Shown piece after piece: positions 16,776-26,951 of a DNA stretch of 64,000 bases. The first letter of the stretch is position 1; every line of letters starts with the position of its first letter. A program made the translations under genes and the position numbers. The notes below the pieces were generated by a model. It saw only the letters and a list, made by a program, of their open reading frames with translations, made no database searches and was not told the origin of the DNA. Origin of the DNA: Polyangiales bacterium (GTDB lineage: Bacteria > Myxococcota_A > Polyangia > Polyangiales > Polyangiaceae); NCBI GenBank assembly GCA_038246305.1, contig JBBRRP010000009.1, forward strand, positions 1,076-65,075, given 5' to 3'.

Positions 16776-18691
16776 TCATCCGCACTTACCGCCGCGAAGA
16801 AAGCCGCACTCACCTTCGAAACCTCTCTGTACAGGGCCTTTTCAGCATCATCGCTGAGCTTCTGCACATCTACTTCGGCGCGGGTGATGTCTTTGGCCTG
16901 CTTCTCGATAATGTTCGCCACACGCTTGAAGGTCGCTGCGAGCGCCGAGAAGTCGGGACGGCTCACGTAAGCAGAAATTGCTTCCAAGCGCAGCTCGGTG
17001 GCCACAAGATCGTCGAAGCCGGAAGAAAGCACCGCTTCCACCACATCCGCCCGGTGGGCCTCGCGCCAGGTGGATTCAAGCCGCCCCCGGAAGAACTCCA
17101 AGAGCTGCTCTTTTACGGTTGGATCGGTGGGCTTGCGCTTGGGATCGGCCAGCTTGGTACCTAGCAAGGAGATCGATTCATCTAACGCTGCTGAAAGCGA
17201 GAAGCGGTAGCCGCGTGCGGTTGCGATGCGAATGAACGTGATCGCGGCGCGCCGAAGGGCAAACTCGTCTTTCGCGCCAGTGGGCTTTTTTCCGATACCG
17301 AAGAGCCCCGAGAGCGAATCCAGACGATCCGCGAGGCCAATGATGGCGCCTGGATCCTCTGTGGGTAGGCTATCAGCGGCGCCACGGGGTAGGTAATGTT
17401 CGAAGATTGCGAGCGCAACTTCTCTAGGTTCCTTGTCGTGCAGCGCGTATTCGCGGCCCATCACGCCCTGAAGCTCGGGGAACTCGCCCACCATGCCCGT
17501 GTTGAGGTCAGCCTTACAGAGCGTGGCCGCGCGCTCGACGGTAGCGATTGCGTTAGATTGCCCAACAGCTTTGGCGAGGAATACCGCCAACGCACGAATG
17601 CGGTCGGTCTTCTCGGCCATGCTTCCGAGCCTGTCGATCCACGAACGCTTGTGCAGGCTGGGAAGGCGATCCATGAGCGGCGTGGTGCGGTCTTCATCAA
17701 AGAAGAAGCGGCCGTCCGAGAGGCGCGCGCGCAAAACACGCTCGTAGCCTCGGATAGATAGTTGCTCATTTTTTACTGGGGTATTCGAGACCGCGATGAA
17801 CTTTGGCAGCACTTTGCCTTGGGCGTCGACGAGCGTGAAGTAACGCTGGTGGCTTTTCATTTCTTGGATCAGCACCTCCGGAGGAAGATCGAGGTGCAGC
17901 TCTTCAAACGTGCCGACCACAGGATTGGGTAGCTCCACAAGATTGGTAACCTGATCGATCAGCGCTTCGTCGTGCAACACCGTACCGCCAACGTTTTTCG
18001 CCGCGGTGGCGATGCGTTCAGCCAACAGGGCGCGCCGCTTCGACATGTCGGGGACGACATGTGCCTGCTCCAGCAATCCCTCGTAGTCGGTGGGCTTTGG
18101 GATGCTGATGGGTTGAGGCGAGAGGAAGCGGTGTCCGCGGGTTATGCGGCCGCTATTCACGTCGGCGTACATCACCGGCACGACTTCCGTGCCCAAAAGC
18201 GCGACGATCCACTGCAGCGGGCGACCGAAACTCTGCTCGACGTCGCCCCAGCGCATTTGCTTGGCGAAGTTGATCTTCCGGGTGCAGGCGTTGAGCACCT
18301 CGGGGAACAACTCAAACGTGCGGCGGCCTTTCTCTTCTACGACGGCCACCAGGTATTCGCCCTTGGGTGTGGAGATGCGCTTGAGCTGCTCGACGGGCAC
18401 TTTGGCGCTTTCAGCGAACTTCTTAGCGGGATCCTTCGGCTTGCCATCGGCATCGAAGCCGGCGCTGACTGAAGGCCCCCTGACTTCCTTCGTGACGTCG
18501 TCGGTCTGCTCCGCGACGTCGCTAACTAGCAAAGCGAGCCGCCGCGGCGTGCCAAAGCGCCGCACTGCGCCGTGTTTTATATTGAGTACAACGCACTGCT
18601 CCCGGAAGGCCTTTTCGAGATCTTCAAGGGCGGGCGCGACGAAGCGTGCGGGCAGCTCCTCGGTGCCTAGCTCGAACAGTAGCTCAGCCAC
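16595..18691 (-). CDS. glyS: Glycine--tRNA ligase beta subunit
   Basis: 698 aa. The N-terminus [17 protein letters not shown] and the overall length are typical. The start overlaps the glyQ stop by 8 nt. Confidence 0.95.
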   Translation of the reverse strand: MAELLFELGTEELPARFVAPALEDLEKAFREQCVVLNIKHGAVRRFGTPRRLALLVSDVAEQTDDVTKEVRGPSVSAGFDADGKPKDPAKKFAESAKVPVEQLKRISTPKGEYLVAVVEEKGRRTFELFPEVLNACTRKINFAKQMRWGDVEQSFGRPLQWIVALLGTEVVPVMYADVNSGRITRGHRFLSPQPISIPKPTDYEGLLEQAHVVPDMSKRRALLAERIATAAKNVGGTVLHDEALIDQVTNLVELPNPVVGTFEELHLDLPPEVLIQEMKSHQRYFTLVDAQGKVLPKFIAVSNTPVKNEQLSIRGYERVLRARLSDGRFFFDEDRTTPLMDRLPSLHKRSWIDRLGSMAEKTDRIRALAVFLAKAVGQSNAIATVERAATLCKADLNTGMVGEFPELQGVMGREYALHDKEPREVALAIFEHYLPRGAADSLPTEDPGAIIGLADRLDSLSGLFGIGKKPTGAKDEFALRRAAITFIRIATARGYRFSLSAALDESISLLGTKLADPKRKPTDPTVKEQLLEFFRGRLESTWREAHRADVVEAVLSSGFDDLVATELRLEAISAYVSRPDFSALAATFKRVANIIEKQAKDITRAEVDVQKLSDDAEKALYREVSKVSAAFFAAVSADDYASAMAKVVPLRPFVDTFFDKVMVMAEDQALRENRVRQLMQIGALFGTVADFAKIQPES

Positions 18692-19664
18692 GGGGGGCCT
18701 CCTTCTGCTCAGCTTTGTCCTCGAAGCTCATGGAGCCCCACATTTCGCTGGCGGCCTTGCCTTCTAACCTCGGCAGCTGCTCTCCCACCGTCCAAGCCGT
18801 CTTGCAGAGTGGCCAATCGAGCTTTTGCCGGTTCTTCAAGTAGCCCTTCGCACAGAGGGCGGCGTTATCCCGCACCCGCTTGATGTAGCCCGCACGATCG
18901 GTGACGGAAATGGCCCCGCGCGCATCTAGCAAGTTGAAGGCGTGGCTGCATTTGAGTGCAAAATCGTACGCAGGCAGCGGAAGCTTCTCGTCGATCAAGC
19001 GTTTGCACTCAGCCTCGTAGCTCCGAAAGAGCATCTCAAGCTGCTCAGAATCAGACTTTTTGAGCGCGTATTCGGACATTTCCACCTCGTTCTGATGAAA
19101 AATTTCGCCGTACTTCACGCCCTTCACCCACTCAATGTCGTACACGCTGTCCACCCCCTGCACGTACATGGCAATTCGCTCAAGGCCATACGTCAGCTCG
19201 GCTGACACGGGCTTACAATCGTAGCCGCCACACCTCTGAAAATAAGTGAACTGGGTGATCTCCATGCCATCACACCAAACCTCCCAGCCTAAGCCTGAAG
19301 CTCCAAGCGTTGGGGATTCCCAGTCGTCTTCGACAAAGCGAATATCGTGCTCCAGCGGATCGATGCCGAAAGCCTTGATCGACTCAAGGTAGAGCTCCTG
19401 CACGTTCTTGGGGGCAGGCTTCAGGATCACCTGAAACTGGTGGTGCTGAAAGAGCCGGTTCGGGTTCTCACCGAAGCGCCCATCGGAGGGGCGGCGCGAG
19501 GGCTGAATGTAGGCAACATTCCATGGCTCCGGACCAAGCGCGCGCAGAAAGGTGGCGGGCGCCATCGTGCCTGCGCCCACCTCAAGGTCGTAACCCTGGG
19601 TAACGATGCAGCCGAGCTTGGCCCAGTGGTTCTGGAGCGTCAGCAAAAGATCCTGAAAATACAT
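18684..19664 (-). CDS. glyQ: Glycine--tRNA ligase alpha subunit
   Basis: Motifs: [19 protein letters not shown]... and [30 protein letters not shown]... I chose the start at ATG 19664 rather than the upstream track start at 19703. Confidence 0.93.
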   Translation of the reverse strand: MYFQDLLLTLQNHWAKLGCIVTQGYDLEVGAGTMAPATFLRALGPEPWNVAYIQPSRRPSDGRFGENPNRLFQHHQFQVILKPAPKNVQELYLESIKAFGIDPLEHDIRFVEDDWESPTLGASGLGWEVWCDGMEITQFTYFQRCGGYDCKPVSAELTYGLERIAMYVQGVDSVYDIEWVKGVKYGEIFHQNEVEMSEYALKKSDSEQLEMLFRSYEAECKRLIDEKLPLPAYDFALKCSHAFNLLDARGAISVTDRAGYIKRVRDNAALCAKGYLKNRQKLDWPLCKTAWTVGEQLPRLEGKAASEMWGSMSFEDKAEQKEAPRG

Positions 19665-19767
19665 AGCGGCCGACACCGTACAGCCGACGCCCTCACCGTT
19701 CAATCAGCTGTATGGCGACCATCCGTCAGGACCCTCCGCGTCTGCAGGCGTTCTTCCGACAGCTGCC

Positions 19768-19792
19768 GGACTCGGGACTCGGGACTCGGGAC
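19768..19792 (+). repeat. Heptanucleotide tandem repeat (GGACTCG) x3.5
   Basis: Read directly: GGACTCG GGACTCG GGACTCG GGAC. It lies in the intergenic region between the glyQ start and the SDR fragment. Confidence 0.9.
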
Positions 19793-19847
19793 AACGGCGG
19801 GTTGTGGCGTCGCGTGGCCGCCCACCTGCGGGGCCTCCTAAGGATGC

Positions 19848-20050
19848 CCTCTCGCCGGAACACATAGCTCCAGGTTATCTTTTCTTCGCGAGCGAGCTCT
19901 CACGCGAGATCACGGGAACTGTCTTGAGCGTGGCGGTGCCAAGCTCAGCGTGTATCGCATGCTGGAAAGTGCCGGCCGCTTCAAGGAACGATGGAGTGTG
20001 GACAGCTGAAGAGATCGGCGAGCACTGGGATGGCATCAGCAAAATCTGAG
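19848..20050 (+). pseudogene. Direct repeat copy B: orphan, decayed 3' fragment of the SDR gene
   Basis: Track ORF 19804..20049 reads ...LSPEHIAPGYLFFASELSREITGTVLSVA(frame lost)...NDGVWTAEEIGEHWDGISKI. The intact gene reads ...LSPEHIAPGYLFFASELSREITGTVLSVAGAKLSVYRMLESAGRFKEANDGVWTAEEIGEHWDGISKI. The fragment has no N-terminal 225 residues. Confidence 0.85.
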
Positions 20051-20162
20051 TAGGCATTCGCTTCCGGCGCCGCGACGGTGCAAAGGCGTGCACGGCCTAG
20101 CTATTTGGGCTCTGAATTGCTGAGCATCGAACGGAGTGTTAGGTTTAGCCCAAGGCCGAGGC

Positions 20163-21857
20163 ATGCCGCGCGACTCCCACATCCCGATTTTCCTATGGGT
20201 TGCTATGGCAGTCCTGGTGCATCTGTGCTCGGGCGGAGGTTTGGAAGAGGGCGCACGAACGGCAGAGCAACGCGAGCTGGTGCGCGAGTTCGCGAATGCT
20301 GTGCGAAGCCACGTGCGCACCCGCCTGGAGCCGCCGATTGAGGTGACACTGCTGGAAGAAGAAGCTCCTGAAGAAGAAGTGACGGCGCCTGAGCCGCCCA
20401 AGCACGACAGCACACCTGATGCCGCGGAGCCACGGACAGAATCGGTGAAGCGCGTTCACGATGACGCAAAGCCCCTGCCCGAGCTAAAGAAACCTGAGGA
20501 GAAGCCCAAGCCCGAACCGGAAGCTAAAAAGCCCGACGAAAAGACGCCGAAGCCAGCTGAGAAAAAGGAAGAGGAAAAGAAGGCACTTCCGCTGCCTGTG
20601 GTGGCCGTTCAAAACCGCATTGCAGTTAAGCAAAATGTGAAAGATAAAACGCAGTCCAATCCTAACGCCGCGCTCATCGCAGATAACGCGAACCAAGTGG
20701 CGGAAGAAACCCAAGCGCGCATTACGTCCACCAATCAAGACGATCCGGCACCCAACCCCGGCACGCACCTCGGCGGTCCCAAAGAGGCCGAAGGGGACGC
20801 AGATGAAAACGAGCTAGCGCAGTCTGAAGACAAGCCTGGCGCCGAACAAGCCTCCGTGAAGCCCGCGCCGGCGGCCAAACGCGCACAAAAAGCCAATGAT
20901 CTGGCCTTGAAGGTTGAAAAGGAAGTCAAGGCGCAAAAGGCACAGACTGGGCATCTCGCACAGGATGCGACGCCCGAGATCCCCGACACGCTGCGTGCTA
21001 ACGGCGGTTCGTTCGCGATGGCCGAGGCTCAAGCCGCGCGCGAATCGAAGCTCGCTCAAAAACAGCGCCAAGCTCGCAGGGCCCAACGTGTCACCGATTT
21101 TCTAGGCTTGGGCGCCACGGGCACCACAGAGAACGGCGTCAACTTGAACCTCGCCCCTTCGACAGCCCTGGCGGCGATTGGTGAAGCACAGCTGCGAACC
21201 GATCGGGAGCACGATGCCGAACAGCGACGGAGCCGGCACCGGGGTTCTTTCCAAACGATCGGACTTGAAAAATGGCGGAGCGCCATTGAAAACTACGTAC
21301 CGAGCGTGAAGTTTGGGAATACTACGGCTCTCAACACGGCTGCTGTGCCGTTCGCAAGCTATCTGAACGCGATTCACAATCGAATCCATCCGGTGTACGC
21401 GATTCATTTCTTGGGCTCACTCGATAGGCTCCCCTCGGACCACGTGATGAACGGGCCGGACCTCAGCACGGACCTCGAAATCGTGCTCGATCAGGAGAGC
21501 GGCAAGCTGGTGCGCATGGGCGTCACCAAGACGAGTGGCGTCACCGCATTCGATGTCGCGGCTCTTCAGGCCATCCAACAATCACAGCCCTTTGGCCCGC
21601 CTCCCAAGGAGATTGTATCTCCGGATGGGCGCGTCTATTTGCATTGGGAATTTTACCGCAATCCGTTCTACGCGTGTTCTACCTATTTCGCGCGGCCATT
21701 CATGCTGAAGGCCCAGCCTAAGCCAGCTCCTCCCTCCGTGGACGAGCCTGTCCGCCCCCCGTTTCAAGAACTTCCGGCACCCGAAGAAAAGGAACAGCAC
21801 GGCTCCCTTTGGGGGCATCCGGGCCGAAAGAGGGACGTGGTCGCGCAGCTCTGGTAG
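20163..21857 (+). CDS. TonB C-terminal-domain protein with Lys/Glu/Pro-rich spacer
   Basis: There is an N-terminal TM helix (IPIFLWVAMAVLVHLC). The spacer reads KPLPELKKPEEKPKPEPEAKKPDEKTPKPAEKKEEEKK. The C-terminal ...GVTAFDVAALQAIQQSQPFGPPPKEIV...VYLHWEFYRN is TonB_C-like. Confidence 0.6.
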   Translation: MPRDSHIPIFLWVAMAVLVHLCSGGGLEEGARTAEQRELVREFANAVRSHVRTRLEPPIEVTLLEEEAPEEEVTAPEPPKHDSTPDAAEPRTESVKRVHDDAKPLPELKKPEEKPKPEPEAKKPDEKTPKPAEKKEEEKKALPLPVVAVQNRIAVKQNVKDKTQSNPNAALIADNANQVAEETQARITSTNQDDPAPNPGTHLGGPKEAEGDADENELAQSEDKPGAEQASVKPAPAAKRAQKANDLALKVEKEVKAQKAQTGHLAQDATPEIPDTLRANGGSFAMAEAQAARESKLAQKQRQARRAQRVTDFLGLGATGTTENGVNLNLAPSTALAAIGEAQLRTDREHDAEQRRSRHRGSFQTIGLEKWRSAIENYVPSVKFGNTTALNTAAVPFASYLNAIHNRIHPVYAIHFLGSLDRLPSDHVMNGPDLSTDLEIVLDQESGKLVRMGVTKTSGVTAFDVAALQAIQQSQPFGPPPKEIVSPDGRVYLHWEFYRNPFYACSTYFARPFMLKAQPKPAPPSVDEPVRPPFQELPAPEEKEQHGSLWGHPGRKRDVVAQLW

Positions 21858-21872
21858 TGTGTTGGCCCTCCC

Positions 21873-22934
21873 TTGGTAAAACCACAACAAGTTGTGAACC
21901 AACGCCCGCAAACCTCAGCCTCGGAGGTCGGTGCCGCGTGGAAGATCGGCTTGTCACCCGGAGCGCTTAAGCTGACTGCCGCGGCGGCTTGGCTAGCCTC
22001 TGTGGTGGGGCAAGGGCTGAGCGCCGCTTTACCCGGTGCGCGCGCAGGATTGGAGCGTTGGATCGATGCCTTCGAACGCATCGGCGCGACCGCAACCCAA
22101 TTCTTCGCGCTGCTCGGCGTCATGGTTGCGATTCAATTAGTAGCATCCAGCCTCCGCACCTCACGGCTACCGATCGTGTATCGCATGTTCGTGGTTCCTG
22201 CCGGTGGATTCAGTGTCTTTCTGTGTATTGCTGCAACGCAACGCCCTTTGCCGGGGCTGTTTTTGCTCGCCCTCGCCCTCGCCGTAAGCTTCGTCCTATT
22301 TTTTGTGGCGGCACTCGGCGTGAGTCATCCACAGACACGCTGGGTGGCTCTCGCATTGGGCCTGAGTGGGTTTTGTACGACGATCCGAATGCTTTCTGCG
22401 TTCCCACAGGTATTCTCATTCGCCTTCCGGCACGGACAGCCCTCCCCCCTGCTCGCAGCGCTCGAACTCCTGAGTTTCTTTGCAATATTTCTCGCTGCCG
22501 GGATGACGCTGGAGCCAGGGAGCCGACCCAAGCACGCGTTTCTGTTACTCGGGGCTCTGGGACTTGGGCTCGCTTTCTTCCTCGCAGCCGAGGCGGCACG
22601 CCATGCTTCGTCTGGATTTTTTCAGGTCGTGATGCAACGCTCGCTGGACAATCTGCAGACTAGTTTCACGCCGTGGGCGGACGGTCGCCTCTCCAGGTTT
22701 CTGACCGCATTAGTCCTGCCGGTTTCAGCTGCACTCCTTTTCACCCAGCCCGCGCGCCTACCGCTGGCCGCTGCCATTTCACTCACGCTGCTCGCTCGGG
22801 GCTCAGGCGACGTGCCGTTGCTGGCATTGCAGCTACTGGTCGCAGCGCTTCTCGTGCCGCTGACCCTCGCCGCGCAGGGCCCGGTTGTCTTCGCCGTCGG
22901 ACCGATGGCACCTAGAGGCACTCGCAGAGCCTAA
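21873..22934 (+). CDS. Polytopic membrane protein, unknown function
   Basis: 353-aa ORF (TTG start, uncertain) with about 8 hydrophobic segments and no recognised motif. Its stop overlaps the ctaB stop on the other strand. Confidence 0.45.
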   Translation: MVKPQQVVNQRPQTSASEVGAAWKIGLSPGALKLTAAAAWLASVVGQGLSAALPGARAGLERWIDAFERIGATATQFFALLGVMVAIQLVASSLRTSRLPIVYRMFVVPAGGFSVFLCIAATQRPLPGLFLLALALAVSFVLFFVAALGVSHPQTRWVALALGLSGFCTTIRMLSAFPQVFSFAFRHGQPSPLLAALELLSFFAIFLAAGMTLEPGSRPKHAFLLLGALGLGLAFFLAAEAARHASSGFFQVVMQRSLDNLQTSFTPWADGRLSRFLTALVLPVSAALLFTQPARLPLAAAISLTLLARGSGDVPLLALQLLVAALLVPLTLAAQGPVVFAVGPMAPRGTRRA

Positions 22935-23845
22935 ATATTGACGGCAACAATCGTAGCGTAGAGTGCGATCAAATAGGGCATCGACGCAAAAAACAAAGAC
23001 CTCGCCCAGCCGAGAGGCGACGCGGCACGCAGGCCAATCAAAGCCCAAATCAGAAAAACATTGCCTGAAGTCAGCGCAACCACCGCGTACACAGGCCCGG
23101 CCAACCCCACCGCCAACGGCGCCAGGCTTCCCACCACCAATAATAATGAGTACCCAACCACTGCGTACAGCGTGTAGTTCAAGCCCTTCACCGCGGGCAA
23201 CACACGGATCCCAGCGGCCTCATACTCCGACTGCCGGAAAATCGAGATCGCAAGAAAATGGGGGATCTGCCACAAGAAAAGGATCAGAAAGAGCGCGCCC
23301 GCTGCAGCATCCAAGCGCCCCGTCACCGTCGTGTAGCCGAGCACGGGAGGGATCGCGCCCGGTACCGCGCCCGCATGCAGCGCCCACGGTGAAACACGCT
23401 TCATCGGCGTGTACACCCAGACGTAACTGACGAACGCAAACAGCGCCAGGCCTGCAGTTATTAGATTAACGGCCAAAGCCAAGAGCAAAGCACCTGTGAA
23501 TCCGAGCGCAAGGCCGAAAACGAGCGCAATTCTGGGAGTGAGCTGGCCCGCAGGCAACGGGCGTGTGCGCGTGCGCTTCATGCGCCGATCGCTCTCCCGC
23601 TCCAAGTACATATTGAGCGCATTAGCGCCCCCAACGACTAAGACCGTTCCGAGCATCGCCCAAGCCAACACCGGCCAAGACGGCACATGGCCAGGGCTTG
23701 CCAGGGCACCGCACAGCATCGTGAGCAGCACCATCCGCGTGATGGCGGGTTTGGTGAGCGTGATCAGATGGCGCCCCAGGTTCCCGTTCTTCGGTGAAGC
23801 CAGCGCGCCGTCTAAGGTGCTTGGGAGTACTGAGCTTGTGGTCAA
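22931..23845 (-). CDS. ctaB: Protoheme IX farnesyltransferase (heme O synthase), UbiA family
   Basis: 304 aa. Motifs: LTKPAITRMVLLTMLCGAL, NMYLERESDRRMKRTRTRPLPAG (UbiA Asp-rich motif region) and WQIPHFLAISI. Confidence 0.85.
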   Translation of the reverse strand: MTTSSVLPSTLDGALASPKNGNLGRHLITLTKPAITRMVLLTMLCGALASPGHVPSWPVLAWAMLGTVLVVGGANALNMYLERESDRRMKRTRTRPLPAGQLTPRIALVFGLALGFTGALLLALAVNLITAGLALFAFVSYVWVYTPMKRVSPWALHAGAVPGAIPPVLGYTTVTGRLDAAAGALFLILFLWQIPHFLAISIFRQSEYEAAGIRVLPAVKGLNYTLYAVVGYSLLLVVGSLAPLAVGLAGPVYAVVALTSGNVFLIWALIGLRAASPLGWARSLFFASMPYLIALYATIVAVNI

Positions 23846-24000
23846 ACCGGCGCGAAGCTAGCTCAGGCACCGGGGGGGTGCCAGAACTTACGCGCGATGG
23901 AGGGGCTTCGGCTGAAGCGGGGGCTGGTTCTTAGGGCTAGAATCACTGCGAAGCCGGACCCAGGTCGTCAAAGGCACTTCCCTTTTTTCGGCGCGGGCCG

Positions 24001-24627
24001 ATGATGAGCGCCATGTCCAAACCTAAGCTGAGCTATTTTGATGCCCCAACCAGTCGCGGCGAAGAGTGCCGTTTGGCGTTCGTTGCAGCCGGTGCCGATT
24101 TCGAAGATCATCGCGTGAAGCGCGAGGACTGGCCCGCGTTGAAGCCTCAAACGCCGTTTGGGCACATGCCGATGTTGACGCTCGAAGGGAAACCGGCGCT
24201 CTCAGAAGGCAATGCGATCTTGACCTATGTGGGGCGCCAATACGGACTCTTACCTAGTGACCCTTGGGAAGCTGCCCGCCAAGAGTCCATGCTCTCCGCG
24301 TGCGAAGATCTGAGGGCGCAAGTGGGGCGCACCTTCGGCATCAAAGACCCAGAGGAGCTCGTTCGGCGCCGAACTGAATTGGTCGAAGGCCCGCTTGCCG
24401 TGTGGGCGCGCGGCGTGGAAGCGCAAATCAAAGGGCCATTCTTCAGTGGCGAGAGCCTGGGCATCGCAGACATCAAGCTGTTTGTGATGGTGAAATGGCT
24501 CAGCGGCGGCGCGCTCGATCACGTCCCAGCGAACACCCTTTCGGCTTATGCGAAGCTCGCGAAGCTCAGTGAAGCCGTTGCAGGTTATCCGGCTCTCCGG
24601 GCTTGGTTTTCCAAGTACCCGAGGTGA
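24001..24627 (+). CDS. Glutathione S-transferase family protein
   Basis: 208 aa. The N-terminal thioredoxin-like part reads KLSYFDAPTSRGEECRLAF...FGHMPMLTLEGKPALSEGNAILTYVG, followed by an alpha-helical C-domain. The start could be 24001, 24004 or 24013. Confidence 0.75.
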   Translation: MMSAMSKPKLSYFDAPTSRGEECRLAFVAAGADFEDHRVKREDWPALKPQTPFGHMPMLTLEGKPALSEGNAILTYVGRQYGLLPSDPWEAARQESMLSACEDLRAQVGRTFGIKDPEELVRRRTELVEGPLAVWARGVEAQIKGPFFSGESLGIADIKLFVMVKWLSGGALDHVPANTLSAYAKLAKLSEAVAGYPALRAWFSKYPR

Positions 24628-24643
24628 GTTGGAGTTGCAGGGA

Positions 24644-25003
24644 ATGCGTTGGCTCTGGGTTTCGTGCGTGGTTGGCGCTTTGGCCGTGGCGTTTGGAGCT
24701 TTCGGCGCGCACGCATTAAAGTCCCGGCTGTCGGCGGACATGCTGGCCGTCTACAGCACCGCCACCCAATATCACCTGGTCCACGCAGTGGTGCTGTTCG
24801 CTGTCGCGCTTTATTCGCGGGCGACAGGCGCGCCGATCACCCTGCCAGCTTCGCTATTTTTGGCGGGAATCGTGCTCTTCTCTGGCTCGCTCTATCTGCT
24901 CGCCATCACAGGTAATCGGGCGCTCGGCATGATCACTCCGTTGGGCGGCTTGTGTTTCATCGCCGGTTGGCTCAGTTGCGGCTGGTGGCTTTCACAACGT
25001 TAA
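24644..25003 (+). CDS. DUF423 (YgdD-like) small membrane protein
   Basis: MRWLWVSCVVGALAVAFGAFGAHALK...ATQYHLVHAVVL...GSLYLLA...LGGLCFIAGW is the typical DUF423 pattern with 4 TM helices. The track ORF start at 24548 overlaps the GST gene, so I used the internal Met. Confidence 0.7.
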   Translation: MRWLWVSCVVGALAVAFGAFGAHALKSRLSADMLAVYSTATQYHLVHAVVLFAVALYSRATGAPITLPASLFLAGIVLFSGSLYLLAITGNRALGMITPLGGLCFIAGWLSCGWWLSQR

Positions 25004-25898
25004 TCTGGAGGGCTATCCGCGCCAGCAGCACGGGAATGGCCTCAGAACCTGCCACGAGTGCCAAAGGTAAGACCCAATAGCACCAGCCCACGCTATTGTG
25101 CTGATCTAAATAAATATAGATTAACACCATAACGAGCGCCGGGGCAAAGCCTAAAGCACCCCCCGTTAAGCGCCGGCCTCGCGCCCATCGCGACCCAAGC
25201 CGCACTGAAATCCACACGAGCGCCCAAGTAGAAAGAATCACAAATAGTACGCGTCCGCCGAACTGATTCGTTGTGGGTCGACCCCAAGCAGCAAGGCCCG
25301 AAACGGTAGCTTCACGGACGCTCAGTGAGCTTTCAGGAAAGCCCCTGGTTTTAACCCGAAGCCGCAGCTCCTGGAATTTGAACCCACGCAGGTCGTCGCT
25401 TGCTTCAAGGCCGCGAGCACTGAACGACGCCCCGAGCGCCGCCCCCAATTTGCCCTGAATTTTCGGGACGGCGCCCTCACAGGTCCAGGTGAGCCCAACA
25501 ATCGGTATGGCCACTGCACGCCCCGCCGTCTCAAGACAGCTTTGCTGGCCCTCATCCACGAGCCGTTGCACCAACCGACCCGGGGCCTCGGATTCTTCAT
25601 AGCTGCGCGTCAGGATCAGTGCCTGAAGGGATCCGATCGCCACCAAGAACGCTCCCACGAGCACCCAGTGTCGGCCACCCTCGGTGGCGCTAAACCAGCC
25701 GATCCCGAGCGGCACAGCCAGCAACGTGGTCCACTCGAATGCATGAAAAAGGAGCGCCCGCAGCAGGGGCCACAATACTCCGGCCGGTACGCTTGCCCAC
25801 CACGGCATGAGCCGAGCTACGAGCAATCCCGCGCAGACCACACCCACCAACAGGCTGCTCGCGAAGATCGACAGCGCCGCGCGTACGATGGGCCGCAT
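24972..25898 (-). CDS. Membrane protein with 3 TM + soluble loop (~130 aa) + 3 TM (LptF/LptG-like topology; weak call)
   Basis: 308-aa ORF. The call rests on topology read from hydrophobic segments only. The 3' end overlaps the convergent DUF423 gene by 32 nt. Confidence 0.4.
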   Translation of the reverse strand: MRPIVRAALSIFASSLLVGVVCAGLLVARLMPWWASVPAGVLWPLLRALLFHAFEWTTLLAVPLGIGWFSATEGGRHWVLVGAFLVAIGSLQALILTRSYEESEAPGRLVQRLVDEGQQSCLETAGRAVAIPIVGLTWTCEGAVPKIQGKLGAALGASFSARGLEASDDLRGFKFQELRLRVKTRGFPESSLSVREATVSGLAAWGRPTTNQFGGRVLFVILSTWALVWISVRLGSRWARGRRLTGGALGFAPALVMVLIYIYLDQHNSVGWCYWVLPLALVAGSEAIPVLLARIALQINVVKATSRN

Positions 25899-26103
25899 TC
25901 ACGGAGTCTATCGCTTGCCCGGACCTGCGTCGCCCGAGGGCGGGCGTAAACTCCGGCGCCAACCGATCCGACCAAACAGCCGAATCGTTTGCTCGGCTTC
26001 CCTGTTTGGCTTCTATGTAGGCATCGGGCCTTCCCACACGAAGGCAGGGTGATATACTCAAGCGCTATAACTGTTGCCTGGCAGCAGAGTCTTCGGAGAT
26101 CCC

Positions 26104-26733
26104 ATGAGAAGAGCCCACTTTCTGGCAGCATTGAGCTTGCTGTCTGCAACTGTCCTACCGCACGCGGCCTCAGCAACGGGCGTCGACGAAGCGTCGCCGA
26201 CCGGCAAGGGCATCACGGGCGGCGCACTTTTGGGCGGTGAACTCGTGCTCGTGGTGGAAGCGGCCGCGGACGTTAAGCCCGGCTGGGCGTATCTTGTTGG
26301 AGGGGTTGCGGGGATGGCAGGGGGTGGTGTCGGTGGCTATTTTCTTGAGCAATCCGCAAGCGCCAAGGTGAACATGTTCGTGTTGGTTGGTGGTTTGGCG
26401 CTTGCCATCCCAACCACCGTCGCTGTGCTCAATGCGCGTGCTTATGAGCCCCCGAGAAATGATGTGCAAGACCGTGGGCCCGCTGACGAGCCCGTCGCGG
26501 AGCCGCCGCATGCGCAGCTAGAAAAGACGCCGGTGCGCAGTGCTTCCCGACGGATTGAGCGGCGCGTCGCGACCGCAGCTCTGCCGCCCGCGCTGCTGGG
26601 CGTCGGGGATCAGCTAACCTTGAGCATTCCCGCGATTGAGTTCTCGCCTGTCTTTACTCGGACTGAGCTGGCCCAGTTCGGCGTGGCCCAACAAACTCAG
26701 TGGAATCTTCCGGTCCTTAACTGGATTTTCTGA
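26104..26733 (+). CDS. Hypothetical secreted/membrane protein
   Basis: ATG 26104 is preceded by GGAG. The signal peptide is MRRAHFLAALSLLSATVLPHAASA. Gly-rich TM segments follow, and the C-terminus ends ...NLPVLNWIF. Confidence 0.45.
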   Translation: MRRAHFLAALSLLSATVLPHAASATGVDEASPTGKGITGGALLGGELVLVVEAAADVKPGWAYLVGGVAGMAGGGVGGYFLEQSASAKVNMFVLVGGLALAIPTTVAVLNARAYEPPRNDVQDRGPADEPVAEPPHAQLEKTPVRSASRRIERRVATAALPPALLGVGDQLTLSIPAIEFSPVFTRTELAQFGVAQQTQWNLPVLNWIF

Positions 26734-26951
26734 AGCTTCGATAACCGTCGTATCCACGATCGGGCACCCATCCGAACGGCCGAAGGTGGGTGTCACGTGT
26801 GAGCGGGTGTACCGCGATCTCCGCTTGATAAAGCTCTGCGTGCGCAGGTTCACGCGCTGGCCCCCTTTGTTCACAAGAATACCTGCCGTAACATACTAAA
26901 TCTGAGTGTTATCACTCGCGTTGTAGCTCCACTCCCCCACTATTTACCCGC

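Noticed and set aside
19768-19792. Possible CRISPR-like or other arrayed repeats (this 7-mer x3.5 and the 11-mer x2 at 41785-41806)
   Set aside because: The units are far too short and contiguous, with no spacers. No repeat-spacer architecture exists anywhere in the window.
14596-20050. Calling the repeat-bracketed 5-kb segment a mobile element or genomic island
   Set aside because: I found no integrase, recombinase, transposase or terminal inverted repeats, and the segment contains the essential glyQS genes. Only the repeat itself and the accessory-looking 14.8-16.4 kb part are supported, so I did not annotate a mobile_element feature.
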